Assembly: GCA_977020255.1 (NCBI GenBank)
Contig: CDROCS010001334.1
Location: forward strand, 248,001-312,000
DNA: 64,000 nt
Direction: 5' to 3'
Source: Obrimoposthia wandeli
Lineage: Eukaryota
The notes under the pieces are model-generated. The model had not been told where the DNA came from and made no database searches. It saw only the letters and a list, made by a program, of their open reading frames with translations. Shown piece by piece: positions 11,250 to 23,659 of this stretch; position 1 is the first letter of the stretch, and every line of letters starts with the position of its first letter. The translations under genes and the position numbers were made by a program.

Positions 11250-12830
11250 AAAATTACTATAGTCAACGTACATCGATATCCGTAAATTACCTGAGAACCT
11301 CTATGAATATCATATTAGTCTACGTACACCAACGTATTCCTGAATTATTAAATATGTCTGTTAAACTTTGTCTGTACACCAATATTCCTTAATTATTCAA
11401 TATTAATCACCTAAATTATTCAGCGTACATTGATATTCTCTAATTATTTCTTATTCTGCCTTATATTTTATGAAGCTTCGAGTTAAGATATTGATGTGAG
11501 TGTTCCCTATTATTATTATATGGCTTCACCATCAGGTTCTGACTAGCTCTATTTTACCTTCGGGTTCTGGCTCTAAGACTAGCTTTAGAAACGGTAACAG
11601 AATTCTCACTGTACTGTGAATGCATAGAATACCGTTCCACTTTGCTTAATTGATATTATTTAAACTATATTCGTTCAAAGTCAACTGGATATAAGTCAAT
11701 ATGATAGTCTGTACACCAATATTTCCTAATTATTAACTATCTGAAAGACATTGTAAAATAATTTCATTAAAGTCTCCACACTAATATTGCTAACTATCTG
11801 AAAGACATCGTAAATTAATTGTTATTAACGGTTTGAAAAATATTGAAACTTAATTTCATGATAGTCTGTACACCAATATTAACTATCTGAAAGACACCGT
11901 AACTTAATTAATATTATTCTCATAATAGTTAGTATACACCAATAATTTCCTAAACATTCAGTAAATATCCCTAAATTATATCATAATAGTCTGCGTACAT
12001 CAATAATTTCCTAAACATTCAGTAAATATCCATAATTTCAATAATTTCCTAAAACCATAGAAAATATCCATAATAGTGTACGTACATCAATATTCTCTTC
12101 TTATGCGACATTAATTATCTAAAGACCACGTAAATTATCGGCGTACACTATCGATAATTTTCCTAAGACCGTGTAATATTTCCCAAATTGATCTAATAAT
12201 AGTTAGTGTACAGCAATATTTCCTATGACCACGTTAATATTTCCTCAAATTACTACTCTGTGTACATTAATATTTCTCCAAATTAATACTCTCTGTAAAT
12301 CAATATTATTGAATTTTTCAACATTGAATTCCTAAGACCAGGGAAATATTTCCCAAATTAATACTCTGAGTACACAAATATTATAGAATGGTCCAACATT
12401 GAACCCAAAGACCATGTAAATATATACCAAATTAATCTCATAATACTCTATGTACACCAAATTAATATCAAAATAGTCTGCGTACACCAATAATAGCAAG
12501 TTATTGAACATTTATTTCCTTAGACCACGTAAATGACCATCAAATTACTCTGTGTACACCAAATTAGTAAATTATTGAACATTGAAATCCAGAGACCATG
12601 TAAATTTACCCTAAATGAATAACAAATTATACTGTATACATCAAAATATCAAATTTAGAACATTTATTTCCTTAGACCATGAAAATATTATTAAAATTAA
12701 TATCATAATACTTTGAATATTTATTTCCTAAGACCACGTAAATTTACCCCAAATGAATAACAAAATAGACTGTGTACACCAATAATCATTAATTATTAAC
12801 TACCCAATACCACGTAAATTCTCCCTATGT
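11250..12830 (+). repeat. Degenerate motif-dense array (GTACAC/TCAATA and GACCACGTAAAT motifs)
   Basis: Many irregularly spaced copies of the two motifs; no ORF of 60 aa or more. Confidence 0.65.
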
Positions 12831-14339
12831 ACTCCTTATTTACTGGAGAACCTATATTAATTATTAGTTTACATACATAGATATTTACATATTAATTAAA
12901 CTTAAGTAAAACTTGAATGAAAATTAATAAGTAATTCCAAAAAAAAAAAATTTAAAAAAATATTTATCATTTCTTTAGTAATTTTAAATATTTTCATGGT
13001 CTAAATTGCATAAAGAATTGTTTTAATTTAATAGCATTAACATATTCTATGCCGCTTTTATTAAAATATATTTATGGAAAAAGGAATATTCTAAAAAGGT
13101 ATATTTTTTATTGATAATTTTGTAATATATATCTTTAGCCTCAAATTGTTCACTATGATGAAATACAGATCAAATTATCTGGGAAGATGAATGGAAGGCA
13201 GACGAGGTAGGTACAGAAATATATATATAATTGTTCAGATATTCAAAAGGTAGCCTGCAAACTATTTATAGAAGATTTAGTTTAGCATCTACCAGCAAGA
13301 TAAGTGATATGCCCACTTCAGGTAGCTCTGCTATAGAAGAATTATGGATATATTTTTAGGTATGTTAATTATTTATTTGGGTTGAGGGTTAGGGGAACAT
13401 ATTTTTCATAAAGGAGTGCCTTCTTGGGAATAATTAACATTTATTGGGAACACTTATTACTTTTTGGGAACAATTAACATTTATTGGGAATAATTATCAT
13501 TTATTGGGAATAATTATCATTTCTTGGGAGTAACTTTATCATCTTTAGTGTGTTCATACTCAACAATTATTGGGAAATTGGGGTCAGGGACGCATATTTC
13601 TCTCAAAGGAGTGACGTTTTGGGATCAATTATTGGGTTAGGGGAGTATATTTTTTACAAAGGAGTGACTTCTTGGGAATAATTATCATTTCCTGGAAGCG
13701 TCATCAGAAGTGACTTCATCGAGAGTTACTTTCATCTTCATCCTTCTTAGGGTGACTACCTCGGGACTGATTTCATCGGGAGATAGATCTTCATCCTTCT
13801 TAGGGTGACTTCCTCGACACTGATTTCATCGGGAGATAGATCTTCAGGAGATAGATCAGCATTCCCTATTTCCCTATCTATTATTTTTTCAAGGGGCCCC
13901 ATATGTGATAAGCCCTAAGAGGGCTGGTTCTCTGTTAATCTCTGGTTCTCTATTTTCTTTTTGATTTACCCTCACATCCCTTTTCCCATCCTACATTCCA
14001 TACATATATTATTTTAGGATTAGAATTAAGAGGGTTCAGTTATATTTACAATGCAGATTTCAGTAAGTTATTCAAGTAATATATAAGATATTGTTTATTT
14101 TTCCTTGGCTTCCTCGGCATTTAGTCATGCTGGAGAGTGAAATACGATCTTCCTTGTATGCGATCAACGGAAGGTTAGTCTTCCGGGAGTTCGTAAACTC
14201 CGTGAGTTTAAACTCCAGAAAATACAAACAATATATATTATTTTACTTATATAACTTATGGGAGTTAAATAGGATGTACATCCACTTACTATACTTTTTT
14301 CAAATAATGTAAAGCAAACTTGCACCTTCAAACATGAAA

Positions 14340-14702
14340 AATTAATTTCAATATCAACTTTTTGAAAAATTCAACTTTTCGAAAAATGAAATTTCAACTT
14401 TTTCGAAAATAAAAAACACAAGTTTTTGAAAAATAAAGTTTCAACTTTTTCGAAAATAAAAAACACAACTTTTTCGAAAATAAAAAACACAAGTTTTTGA
14501 AATAAAAAAAAAAATTCAAATTTCAAAAAATCACTTCAGTAAAACAAAAATTCAAATTTTAAAAAATCACTTCAGTAAAACAAAACAGGGGGTATGACCT
14601 TGACCTCATTGACCTTGTGCTTGATACCTCACACCAAAAAAAAAAAAAACAGGGGGGTATGACCTTGACTACTTTGTGCTTGAGACCTCACATCCCACTA
14701 CT
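14340..14702 (+). repeat. Polinton subterminal repeats and terminal-inverted-repeat-like end
   Basis: AT-rich CAACTTTTTCGAAAA repeats, then two ~65-bp units (CAGGGGGTATGACCTTGAC...TTGTGCTTGA.ACCTCACA), then ACTACT. Confidence 0.65.
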
Positions 14703-14958
14703 TACCAGGCCATTTTTAAATTAAAATCCAATTCGGCCTAACCGACTTATTAGATCAAACCTACACAACACAACAATAGCTTTAACAATTTATTTTAAAC
14801 ACAGACTCTACTACACAAAGCAACAAACCTTCAGACAATAAGAAAAACCTCAGATATTAAAAAAGGTACGCCAGATCCATATGTAAGCCATATCGCTACA
14901 GAACTCACATTGGGGACCTCTATACGAGGATTCTAAGTTTCAATAGAATACCCTAACA
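14703..14958 (+). mobile_element. 3' fragment of an LTR (local LTR family), interrupted on the left by the Polinton
   Basis: GAACTCACATTGGGG...GAGG...CCCTAACA end is homologous to the ends at 17351, 32327 and 34892. Confidence 0.75.
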
Positions 14959-15060
14959 CTACTAAATTATCGAAAGTATGACACGAACTACTTGATAATA
15001 TATAATTCACACTAAAACAGGTAGACACAATTAATTATAAAAAAATGATTAGATTTCTTT

Positions 15061-17351
15061 TGTTAGGATTAGGTTTTGGGTAAATTTAAATAATTAATCA
15101 AATTTATAGTAAAATAAAAATCCTTGAAAGCAAGGTTATAATTAAATAAATGTTATATCAAAATTAAAATTGTTGAGATTAAAATTGTATTTAAATATTT
15201 AAGGACCACGAAGGTCATGTATGATGTGTGATATATAAGAAGATTAAAGCTACTGAAAAGGGCCCCAAGAAAGAAGATTAATTAGAAATTGAGAATTAAG
15301 AAGAAGAGAAATCAATTAAGATTTAAAGAAAAGAAGAAGCACTTAATTTCATATCATTTCATATCAGAAGTTATTGTCAAGCAGAGAGAAGGGCCGCCTC
15401 GAATCCAGCCAAGAATTTGGGACTAAGTGCACGATAAGCAATTTAAGTGCTAATTCCATTAACTCTAATTCAGAATCTAGGAAGTACAGACCGAAACCAC
15501 TTAGTCGACGAAGCAGACGACTGTCAGACAAGAATTCGGGCAACAGCGATAACCGCTGAGAAAAGACAGCCGTCAATAGTAAGCATTTTGGTTAAGTGCT
15601 TTATTGAATTGTTACAGGAGAAGAAACTATAAAAATCGAATTGGGAATCGGCGCGAGGCAGTAGATTGAAAAAACTAAAAGAGATTGGAAAAACTAGAAG
15701 AGATTAAAACTCAGAAAAAACAGAAGGTAAAAAGAAATTTTCAGGAAAACAATATTTAATAGTCATTAAAGGAACCACGCTCAGCTACCAATCTCGAATA
15801 AGGAACCGAGCCAGAATCATTCACTCGGGACCATCCACCTGTTCCTGGAGAGAGAGATCGAACAAGGGACTGCAGACGCACGGAATCTAACCGTGCCTGG
15901 AAGGAGCAACCAACGCGAATCGCCGGACTATTCTTGTGATCTCGAAGAGAGGCTTCTCGAAAAGAGATCACGGTAAGTTCAGAAGTGGAGCGCGCATAAA
16001 AATATATAAGGAACCCCAAGACAAAGTAGAATTATTTGAAGTCATAAAAGTATTAATTTGAATATTTTGAATTGTAGTATCATTTACTTGAACTCATAAA
16101 GGTGTTAATTGAATATTTTGAAATCATTTACTTGAAATCATAAAGTGTTGATTTGAATATTTTGAATTGTAAAATCAATTGCTTGAAAGTCATGAAAGTA
16201 TTAATTTAATATTTTGAATTGTAGTATCATTTACTTGAACTCATAAAGTTGTTAATTGAATATTTTGAATTGTAAAATCAATTGCTTGAAAGTCATGAAA
16301 GTATTAATTTAATATTTTGAATTGTAGTATCATTTACTTGAACTCATAAAGTTGTTAATTGAATATTTTGAAATCATTTACTTGAAATCATAAAGTGTTG
16401 ATTTGAATATTTTGAATTGTAAAATCAATTGCTTGAAAGTCATGAAAGTATTAATTGAATATTTTGAATTGTAGTATCATTTACTTGAACTCATAAAGTT
16501 GTTAATTGAATATTTTGAATTGTAAAATCAATTGCTTGAAAGTCATGAAAGTATTAATTTAATATTTTGAATTGTAGTATCATTTACTTGAACTCATAAA
16601 GTTGTTAATTGAATATTTTGAAATCATTTACTTGAAATCATAAAGTGTTGATTTGAATATTTTGAATTGTAAAATCAATTGCTTGAAAGTCATAAAAGTA
16701 TTAATCGAATATTTTGAATTGTAGTATCGTTTACTTGAAATCATAAAAGTTGTAAATTGAATATTTTGAATTGTAAAATCAATTACTTGAAGTCATAAAA
16801 GTATTAATTTGAATACTTTGAATTTTAGAGTGTTTACTCCGTATAAAACAAATAAACGAACCGCCATATTTTTAGAGCAACAGCTCTGTAAACTCATTCC
16901 CTATTTTAGAGCAACAGCTCTGTAAACTCATTCCCTATTTTAGAGCAACAGCTCTGTAAAATCTATAAACTAAAATTGTCCGCATTTTTAGAGTTAAGAC
17001 TCTAGCGCCCAAGCAAACCTAAACTTAAAATCGATACGTGGATCATCCCCACTTGTGTAGAGACTTACGGAAGTCTTAGGAATTTTACTGTAACTTTTTA
17101 GAAATACGTACGTAAACGTATTGATTCGTGTTAGTCTAGTGTGTTAATAAATAAACGATTTCCTACAACTATAAAGCATTGTTCTAAACCCTTCAGATTA
17201 AGAAACATCAAAAAACCTTCAGATAAGAATTGAGACAGGCAAGCATAACATTAAGTAGGCCACAACCATCTACAAGTCCTGCTTCTATAGAACTCACGTT
17301 GGGGCCCTCCGCAGTCAGAGGATCTATAAGTTTCATATAGAAACCCCAACA
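15061..17351 (+). mobile_element. Solo LTR (Ty3/gypsy-like), 2291 bp, TSD CTTT
   Basis: TGTTAGG...CCCAACA termini flanked by CTTT on both sides; AATAAA near 17147; both ends homologous to 32915-34892. Confidence 0.85.
16030..16820 (+). repeat. Minisatellite within the LTR: 44-52-bp monomers in a 250-bp higher-order repeat
   Basis: AAATCATTTACTTGAAATC recurs at 16121, 16371 and 16621; monomers 44+52+51+52+51. Confidence 0.9.
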
Positions 17352-18629
17352 CTTTGTGCAATGGGTAATGGCGCAGTCGAGGCTTGTGCGATTCACTTGC
17401 CTGTATTGTACATTGGATTGAGACAGCTTCTGTGGAATTGATGCTGACCTCTCCTTGAAAGCTTATCTTTTGTCGTTAGAAATCTTAGTTTTCTCTTGTT
17501 AGTCTTATGTTACCGGTTAGAAGTCTTTCGTTATTTCCTTATGTAGTTTAAATCATTTTCTTTTTGTTGTACATGCTCAAGAATTTGTGTTTTGTGTTCT
17601 CCCTTGTCTTTTCTTTTATAATCTCTCCTTATGGTTCCTGGTTCGCTGGAAATTTATATGGAGAATTCTCCCTCGTTCGCTGGTTATTGCCTAGTTTCTG
17701 CTGTATTTTTTCTTTTTATTCTCGTCACGATTTTTCTATGTGTCGTGTTCTCGTCTGTTACGGTGTATCGTCACTATTTTAGTTAGATAGTCACCTGATG
17801 ATATGACTAACTTATAGTCACATCTGGTGACCTCACTGGATTAATTAGTAAGTTAATTAATTTTCTAAAATCTGGGTTTAAAGTTATTTAATTCCTAATC
17901 TTCGTTTAAGTTAGTTTCATTTTAATTCGAAGTCCCTGAAATGTCTTTGGCCAGGACTATAAATATAGCCAATTTAATTTAATAATTTTAATAAAATTGT
18001 CCGTTTCTGGACCTTAACATACCTATTGGAGAACGACATTATATGTGTTAAATGTTTTATTTTTATTTCTGCTATTACTAAACCACTTCTGCATCTTTTA
18101 TATTCTTCTTCCTAAGTTTTCAGATATTTTTTTAATTATTTTAACATATATATCATTAGTAGAATGATTATAAACTGTAGCTGCATATATAAATCCAGCA
18201 TCAGTTATATGTCCTTCTATGGATAAGATACAGTTATACATATTTGAAAATTAAACGTTTTTAATTATTTTAATAATAACGATTGTATAATCTGGAATTG
18301 TTAAAACATCATTTTGAAAATATTTAGTATATTTAACGTTAGATGTGCTTTAGATATTTGGTGATTTACCAGAGCAGATAAAGTTTTAAATTGTAATTGC
18401 ATATTTCCCAATAGTATCGAGTTTGGGATCAGTTTGACATTTTCTTGTATATTGTTGATAGATTTAATTTAGTCTTTTTTATTTTGAATATGTTTGAAAA
18501 TCCAAGAAATCTAAGAAATCAGGAACTTTTTGAATAATGGTGTTTTGAATGGACCAGATTAAGACCCTAACTTTTTATTTGATTTTAGGGCACCTGAAAT
18601 TGTATATGGTCTTGATTTGGCCTATTCAA

Positions 18630-20050
18630 AAGACCATTACTAGTGTCAGTCGCCAGAATTTAGCCGGATTCAATACTAGCTGCTGTACAAGATGCTATCA
18701 AGTCCGTGAATTACATCAGGACACCTATATTAAATCAGACTATTTAAACAGTTATGTATTGAATTTGGAATCGAATACGAATTTTTATTATACTTTTGAC
18801 ATGTGCGTTGGTGTTTCCATTTTACAGAAAGATGTTGTTGGGTTCTCGGTGGTGCAAAAAAAGAAACACGGACTGGCTGCAAATTTCAATGACAAAACAT
18901 GGCCTTAATGTTTGGATATATTAATGATATATTTAATCAGACCAATGAACCCAATCACACGATGCATGGTAAACAATGCACGGTCAATGCATCAGATAAG
19001 CCAATACTGTATCCAATTGAGCTAACTGCCTGAAACAAAGTTAAAGATATAAGCGGCGCCTCTAGTAAAAAACATTTGGAACACTATATGAATCAAAATA
19101 AGCACGTATTTTGCGATCTTCAGAAAACCGGTACAACGCGTATGTTTAAAAAAACGTTTTGATTTGAAATAAATAATTTAACAAAAATCGTCTAATCTAA
19201 AATGAACACATTGTCTTATCATCGCTCCTCTATTTACATAGAACTAGTAACATCGATCAGTTTTTTTAACATTATAACAAAGCTTTTTCTTTTACGTTTA
19301 GAAATAAAAATTAAAGATATGAGCGGCCCCTTTTGTAAAAAAAACGTGTATAGATAATACTGGTAACTTTAATTCAAATTTAGCACAATGGGTATGTTAA
19401 AAAGTCTTCACATGAATGTTATAGATGCATGTCAGTTTCTTTGATTTATGTTTTTATTGAAAAATCATATTTTCCCGTTTTTTTGCCTTAAAATAAAACT
19501 TCCGACTACGGCATTGTTACGATGACATCACTCTACAGGAAAAAAAACTTGTGACTGTCCCATATCGAGTCTGGTTTATTTTTTATCTTCACTACTACTA
19601 CTTATATTTCCTCCGATGAAGGAATCAAGATTGATCCTAATCTGAAAGACTATATTAATGTATTAGACTGTAAGAACACCTTATATATCGATGAAAAAAC
19701 GCAAGTCACTATTTTACAACAATTGTATCTAGCAACGTGCACAAAGTAATGAAGAATCAATTTGCAGATTCAACATATTCAACATATTCAACATATTCAA
19801 CATATCTTCTGTACAAGAGCAATTTGTTGACATGGAGAATGACTCCTCCAACAACCTGCATCCCACTTCATCAATTCTGGTGCAAAATGGTGAAGCAATG
19901 TCCATTGGTTGCGAAATTTTCTCCACCACATATCAATTTGAAACAGGATTTTCCACATTAATGACAATAAGATCCAGAGGAAATTGTCTTAATGTATAAC
20001 ACGACCTCCGTCTTCATGGTTTCTCAGAAACAACACCATATTCGCATTAG
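18630..20050 (+). pseudogene. Degenerate hAT (Buster/ZBED-like) transposase remnants, interrupted by other insertions
   Basis: Frameshifted AVQDAIKSVNYIR and FWCKM...TYQFETGFSTLMTIR...DLRL motifs. Confidence 0.55.
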
Positions 20051-20229
20051 GGATAAATTGTTCTATCCGGATTTGGTAGCATTATGACTACGTTGTGCTC
20101 TTGTCTTTTTTTATTATAATTGTTAACTTCATAAATTAAGGTGTATTTTGATGTAGGTAATGTAAAGTGTTTTAGTTGTATCAATATAAAATCCAAATAA
20201 ATTAGAAAATAGAATACGATTCCGTTTGC

Positions 20230-20450
20230 CGGTGTTTGGGGAAAATGATGGAACATTTTCACAACATACTGTGGACAGATTAGGTATATTTTACACTGAG
20301 TGGGATAGTTTAAACGAGAAATGCTTACGTCTGGAGCCATATGTTATAGCAGAGAAAAGTATTCATTTCCAAAACTCTGTGTGGATAGCATTTTCGAGAA
20401 ATGCAAAAATTCTTTCATTGTAAATTCATCTTTTTTACCATCAACTTATT
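20230..20450 (+). pseudogene. Tc1/mariner transposase remnant
   Basis: ILWTD*.YFTLSG.V.TRNAYVWS and PKLCV/VWIAF motifs with stops. Confidence 0.5.
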
Positions 20451-21049
20451 TATTCAAAAACACTAGCTGGACAACTTATTATTGCAATCTCCAATCGGAA
20501 TCATTTGTCTGACTATTACAGATCCCTGTAAACATTTCACACAAAAGTATTTGCAACAACAAAGCACTTAGAAGTGCCTAAAGATATTTTGGCCCACTTG
20601 AGTTAATTGCTAATTAAAATAAAAAATTCCTTAAAAATAAGTCGTGAAATTTTTTGTTAAATGAAAAAATAACAGAGGTGCACATAACCAATAGTGATAG
20701 AAGATTTGAACAATCTTATCAAATCACAGAAGACAACCAAATAGTCTAGACGAATACAAAAGTAGGAGAAATACGTACAAAAAAGTTACATATAATTTTT
20801 TTGATGGTTTGAAACTATTAAAACTAAAAGTAAAGAACTTATTTAAATTTATGACTCAAATAAGCCGAAATTTGGCTAAGTTATTTCATAAAGCTTAATG
20901 GATCTAAGAGATTTTGGGTGAGTAAGAATGATATTTGATTTTTTTTCCTGACTAAATATTATTTCAACCTTTATTGGTATGTTTATGCAAAGATTGGTCA
21001 TATATTATAGTTTATTTTATTCGTAAACAGCAGTGATCAACTTTTATTG

Positions 21050-21950
21050 TTAATACGTAAAATTTAAAATATTTCAGTTTGGCTGCAGCACCTGAATTAT
21101 GTTTGACATAATTATAACTCATTAAATTAAAAATGGTAGTTCTTCAAAATTCCTAATTAATAATGAAATTTTCATAAATTAAACAGAAATTGATTCTAAC
21201 CTTGGGAAAGGATTATATATTATATCTCACTTACAGTGGCAACTGGGGAACGAAACTTTTCGAAGTTTAAGCTAATTAAAATCTTCCTACGATCTACTAT
21301 GTTGCAAGGCCTCTTAAATGGATTGGCTTCTTTATCAAATGAAAAATATATAATAGATAAAAAAATTGTATAATGAATTGTTAAATGAAGAAAATTTTAC
21401 TTATTATTGCTTAATATATGTATGCGTAAATTTACATGTGGTTTCATTTTCTCCTTCGACTCAATTATTTCCTTATTTCGACCATTTACAACTGCTTTAT
21501 CTTCAATATTGATTGCTGCTAATGCTTGTGAAAATTTCAGCCGTTTGAGTCTGGAATACATTTGATAAACGATTAATTGTTATAAATTACTGTTTTCTAT
21601 AATATTCTTTGAAGTACTGTGATTGGTGAAGAGTACAATTGACAAATCATGGGTATATATGGGCATATGAATAAATTGGGACTTCCCACGCACCATCGGG
21701 GAATCAGAAATGGTAGAGAAAGCAGAAAAATAATACTAAAGTTTTATAATAAAATATTTTTAAGTATATGTAGGTCATTGTCGATAACATTTATCTCCAA
21801 GATAGTCTTTTATCCATACTTGGATGAAATTGAATTTTCACATTTAACTTATCTTCAACCAAAGAAAAGAAATTCATTAAAAATTGATGAACATGGTGAT
21901 CTGAGACTCAAATTGATAAATCCAATCCAACCAAATATTCATGCTTAAGC
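21050..21950 (+). pseudogene. hAT transposase C-terminal remnants
   Basis: LTVATGERNFSKFKLIKIFLRSTM..LNGLA (~21230-21340) and KKRNSL..GDLRLKL..IQPNI (~21860-21945). Confidence 0.6.
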
Positions 21951-23034
21951 AGGTAATCATCAACCACAAAGATCACATAAAAAATACATGGATATATTTA
22001 TATATTTATTTTGAATAATAAGCATTCGAGGAACATTTGGGAAGCCTTAAATTGGGATGAAATATTAATTTGTTACAAAATGTGGCCTGCCATACAAAAG
22101 CTACTAAAATTAATACAATTTTGTTGTAAATTTATGGATTGACTTTAAATTCGATATACATGGTAAGAACAAATGTTTTACATTACGATGTAAAAGTTCA
22201 TATGTTAAAGTTTTTCCCTTTTTAGAATATTGAATTTTGTAACTAAATTTCGATAAGGGTTAATTTACCTTATTAAAAACAATGCTTTGAAAATAATAAA
22301 CAAGCATCGCTTTTATAACCTCATTTGTTGATTAAAATGACAATGAACGGTACTTATTGACGCCCGAACTGGGTCATTGTAATTTTGAAGAGTTGTCTGA
22401 GTACGGAGTGTTCAGATATAAAGGTGTAAATGTATGTTATGTTTGTTAGATGTGAGGTTCTGATTTACAATGTTGATTATGATTTCCTCACAGATGACAG
22501 CATGTACCCCAATCAAAATTTCTAGTAGGGATATCCGAAATTAAATAATTAAACCTATTAAATAACAACTAAACTAAATTGGGTTTTAGGTTAAATTAAA
22601 CGGTTTCATTTTTTATCATTATCTAGAGAACCTTCTCTAATGTGGGCACTTTTATTGACTACTAAAGCGTGAATTTTTGTTTTTCAAACGTAATTGTATC
22701 AATTTGTTCGGAAAATATTTGCATATTTAACTGAAATTTTATAAGTCATTAAAAGATAAAGGCTATAGTCAGAGTATCTTTAAAACTGGGGGAATGTAAA
22801 GTGTAAGCTTACATACGTAAGATATGGTTATTTGTTCTTTAATGGGTACGAATGAAATAAACAATGAATATTTAGTCTAGCAATCATAATGCTCTCTTAA
22901 TTTCACAATAATTAAAATACATCGGGAAAAATTAGATTTCTAAAACTTTTTCAAAGTACCTAAGAACAGTTGTACACTAATTTGAAATAAACAAATTTTT
23001 AAATTGGCATTCAAACAAATATAAAATATCTCAC

Positions 23035-23215
23035 CATCGCCCATATGACCAAATAGTGATAACTTTATATTATCTCTCTTCCAATCTTCTGGCAAATTTT
23101 CTTTCAATTTCATAAACTCTCGCATCGTTTCGATGGTCATAGATACATCATCAAAATACCATCCAGAAAGTTTCTCAAACGACAAAATAATGTTTTCTCG
23201 AAGTTCCCAAAATTT
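23035..23215 (-). CDS. D2HGDH: D2HGDH-like exon 6 (divergent substrate-binding segment)
   Basis: TAG acceptor, phase-0 start matching exon 5, KFWELRENII...YFDDVS...FGHMGD(G), GTGAGA donor. Linkage across the 15.5-kb intron is inferred. Confidence 0.65.
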
Positions 23216-23659
23216 CTATATAAAGTTATTTTTGTTAAAAATTATTAAAAATGTCGAAGAATGAATTTACTAATTATTAAATAATTCAAATATTCATATA
23301 TAAGATAAACTAAGGCCTTTGAGAGTTTAATCAGAATATAAAGTGTTCCTAATTAAGCCAAATTAGTAAAACACTAATAAATATGAACTTTCAAAAATTA
23401 TGCAAGGATTTTTCCAAGGTACAAAAATATCCATAATCATGGATGAAAATGCATTGAGGAATTTACACCAAAATATAGATGAATTAAATTAATCACATCT
23501 AAAATCTAAATCAATATGATAATACATCATTAAGTCAAAACTTTAACAAAATATTGTGAATAAGTAGTGTTGCATAATCTTAAACCCAGCACAATTACTT
23601 CTGATAGTTCTTAATATCTTTTAACTAATGTAGTTTGTAATTTAGAAAATCTAATATAC

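Larger units (their letters stand above)
1..14702 (+). mobile_element. Polinton/Maverick (adintovirus-like) element, right portion; left end outside the window
   Basis: Clustered MCP C-terminus, adenain protease and pPolB; subterminal AT-rich repeats (14340-14580); ends in CCC-ACTACT (14697-14702), matching the AGTAGT/ACTACT Polinton terminus, and abuts an isolated LTR 3' half. Inclusion of 7200-14700 is inferred. Confidence 0.72.
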
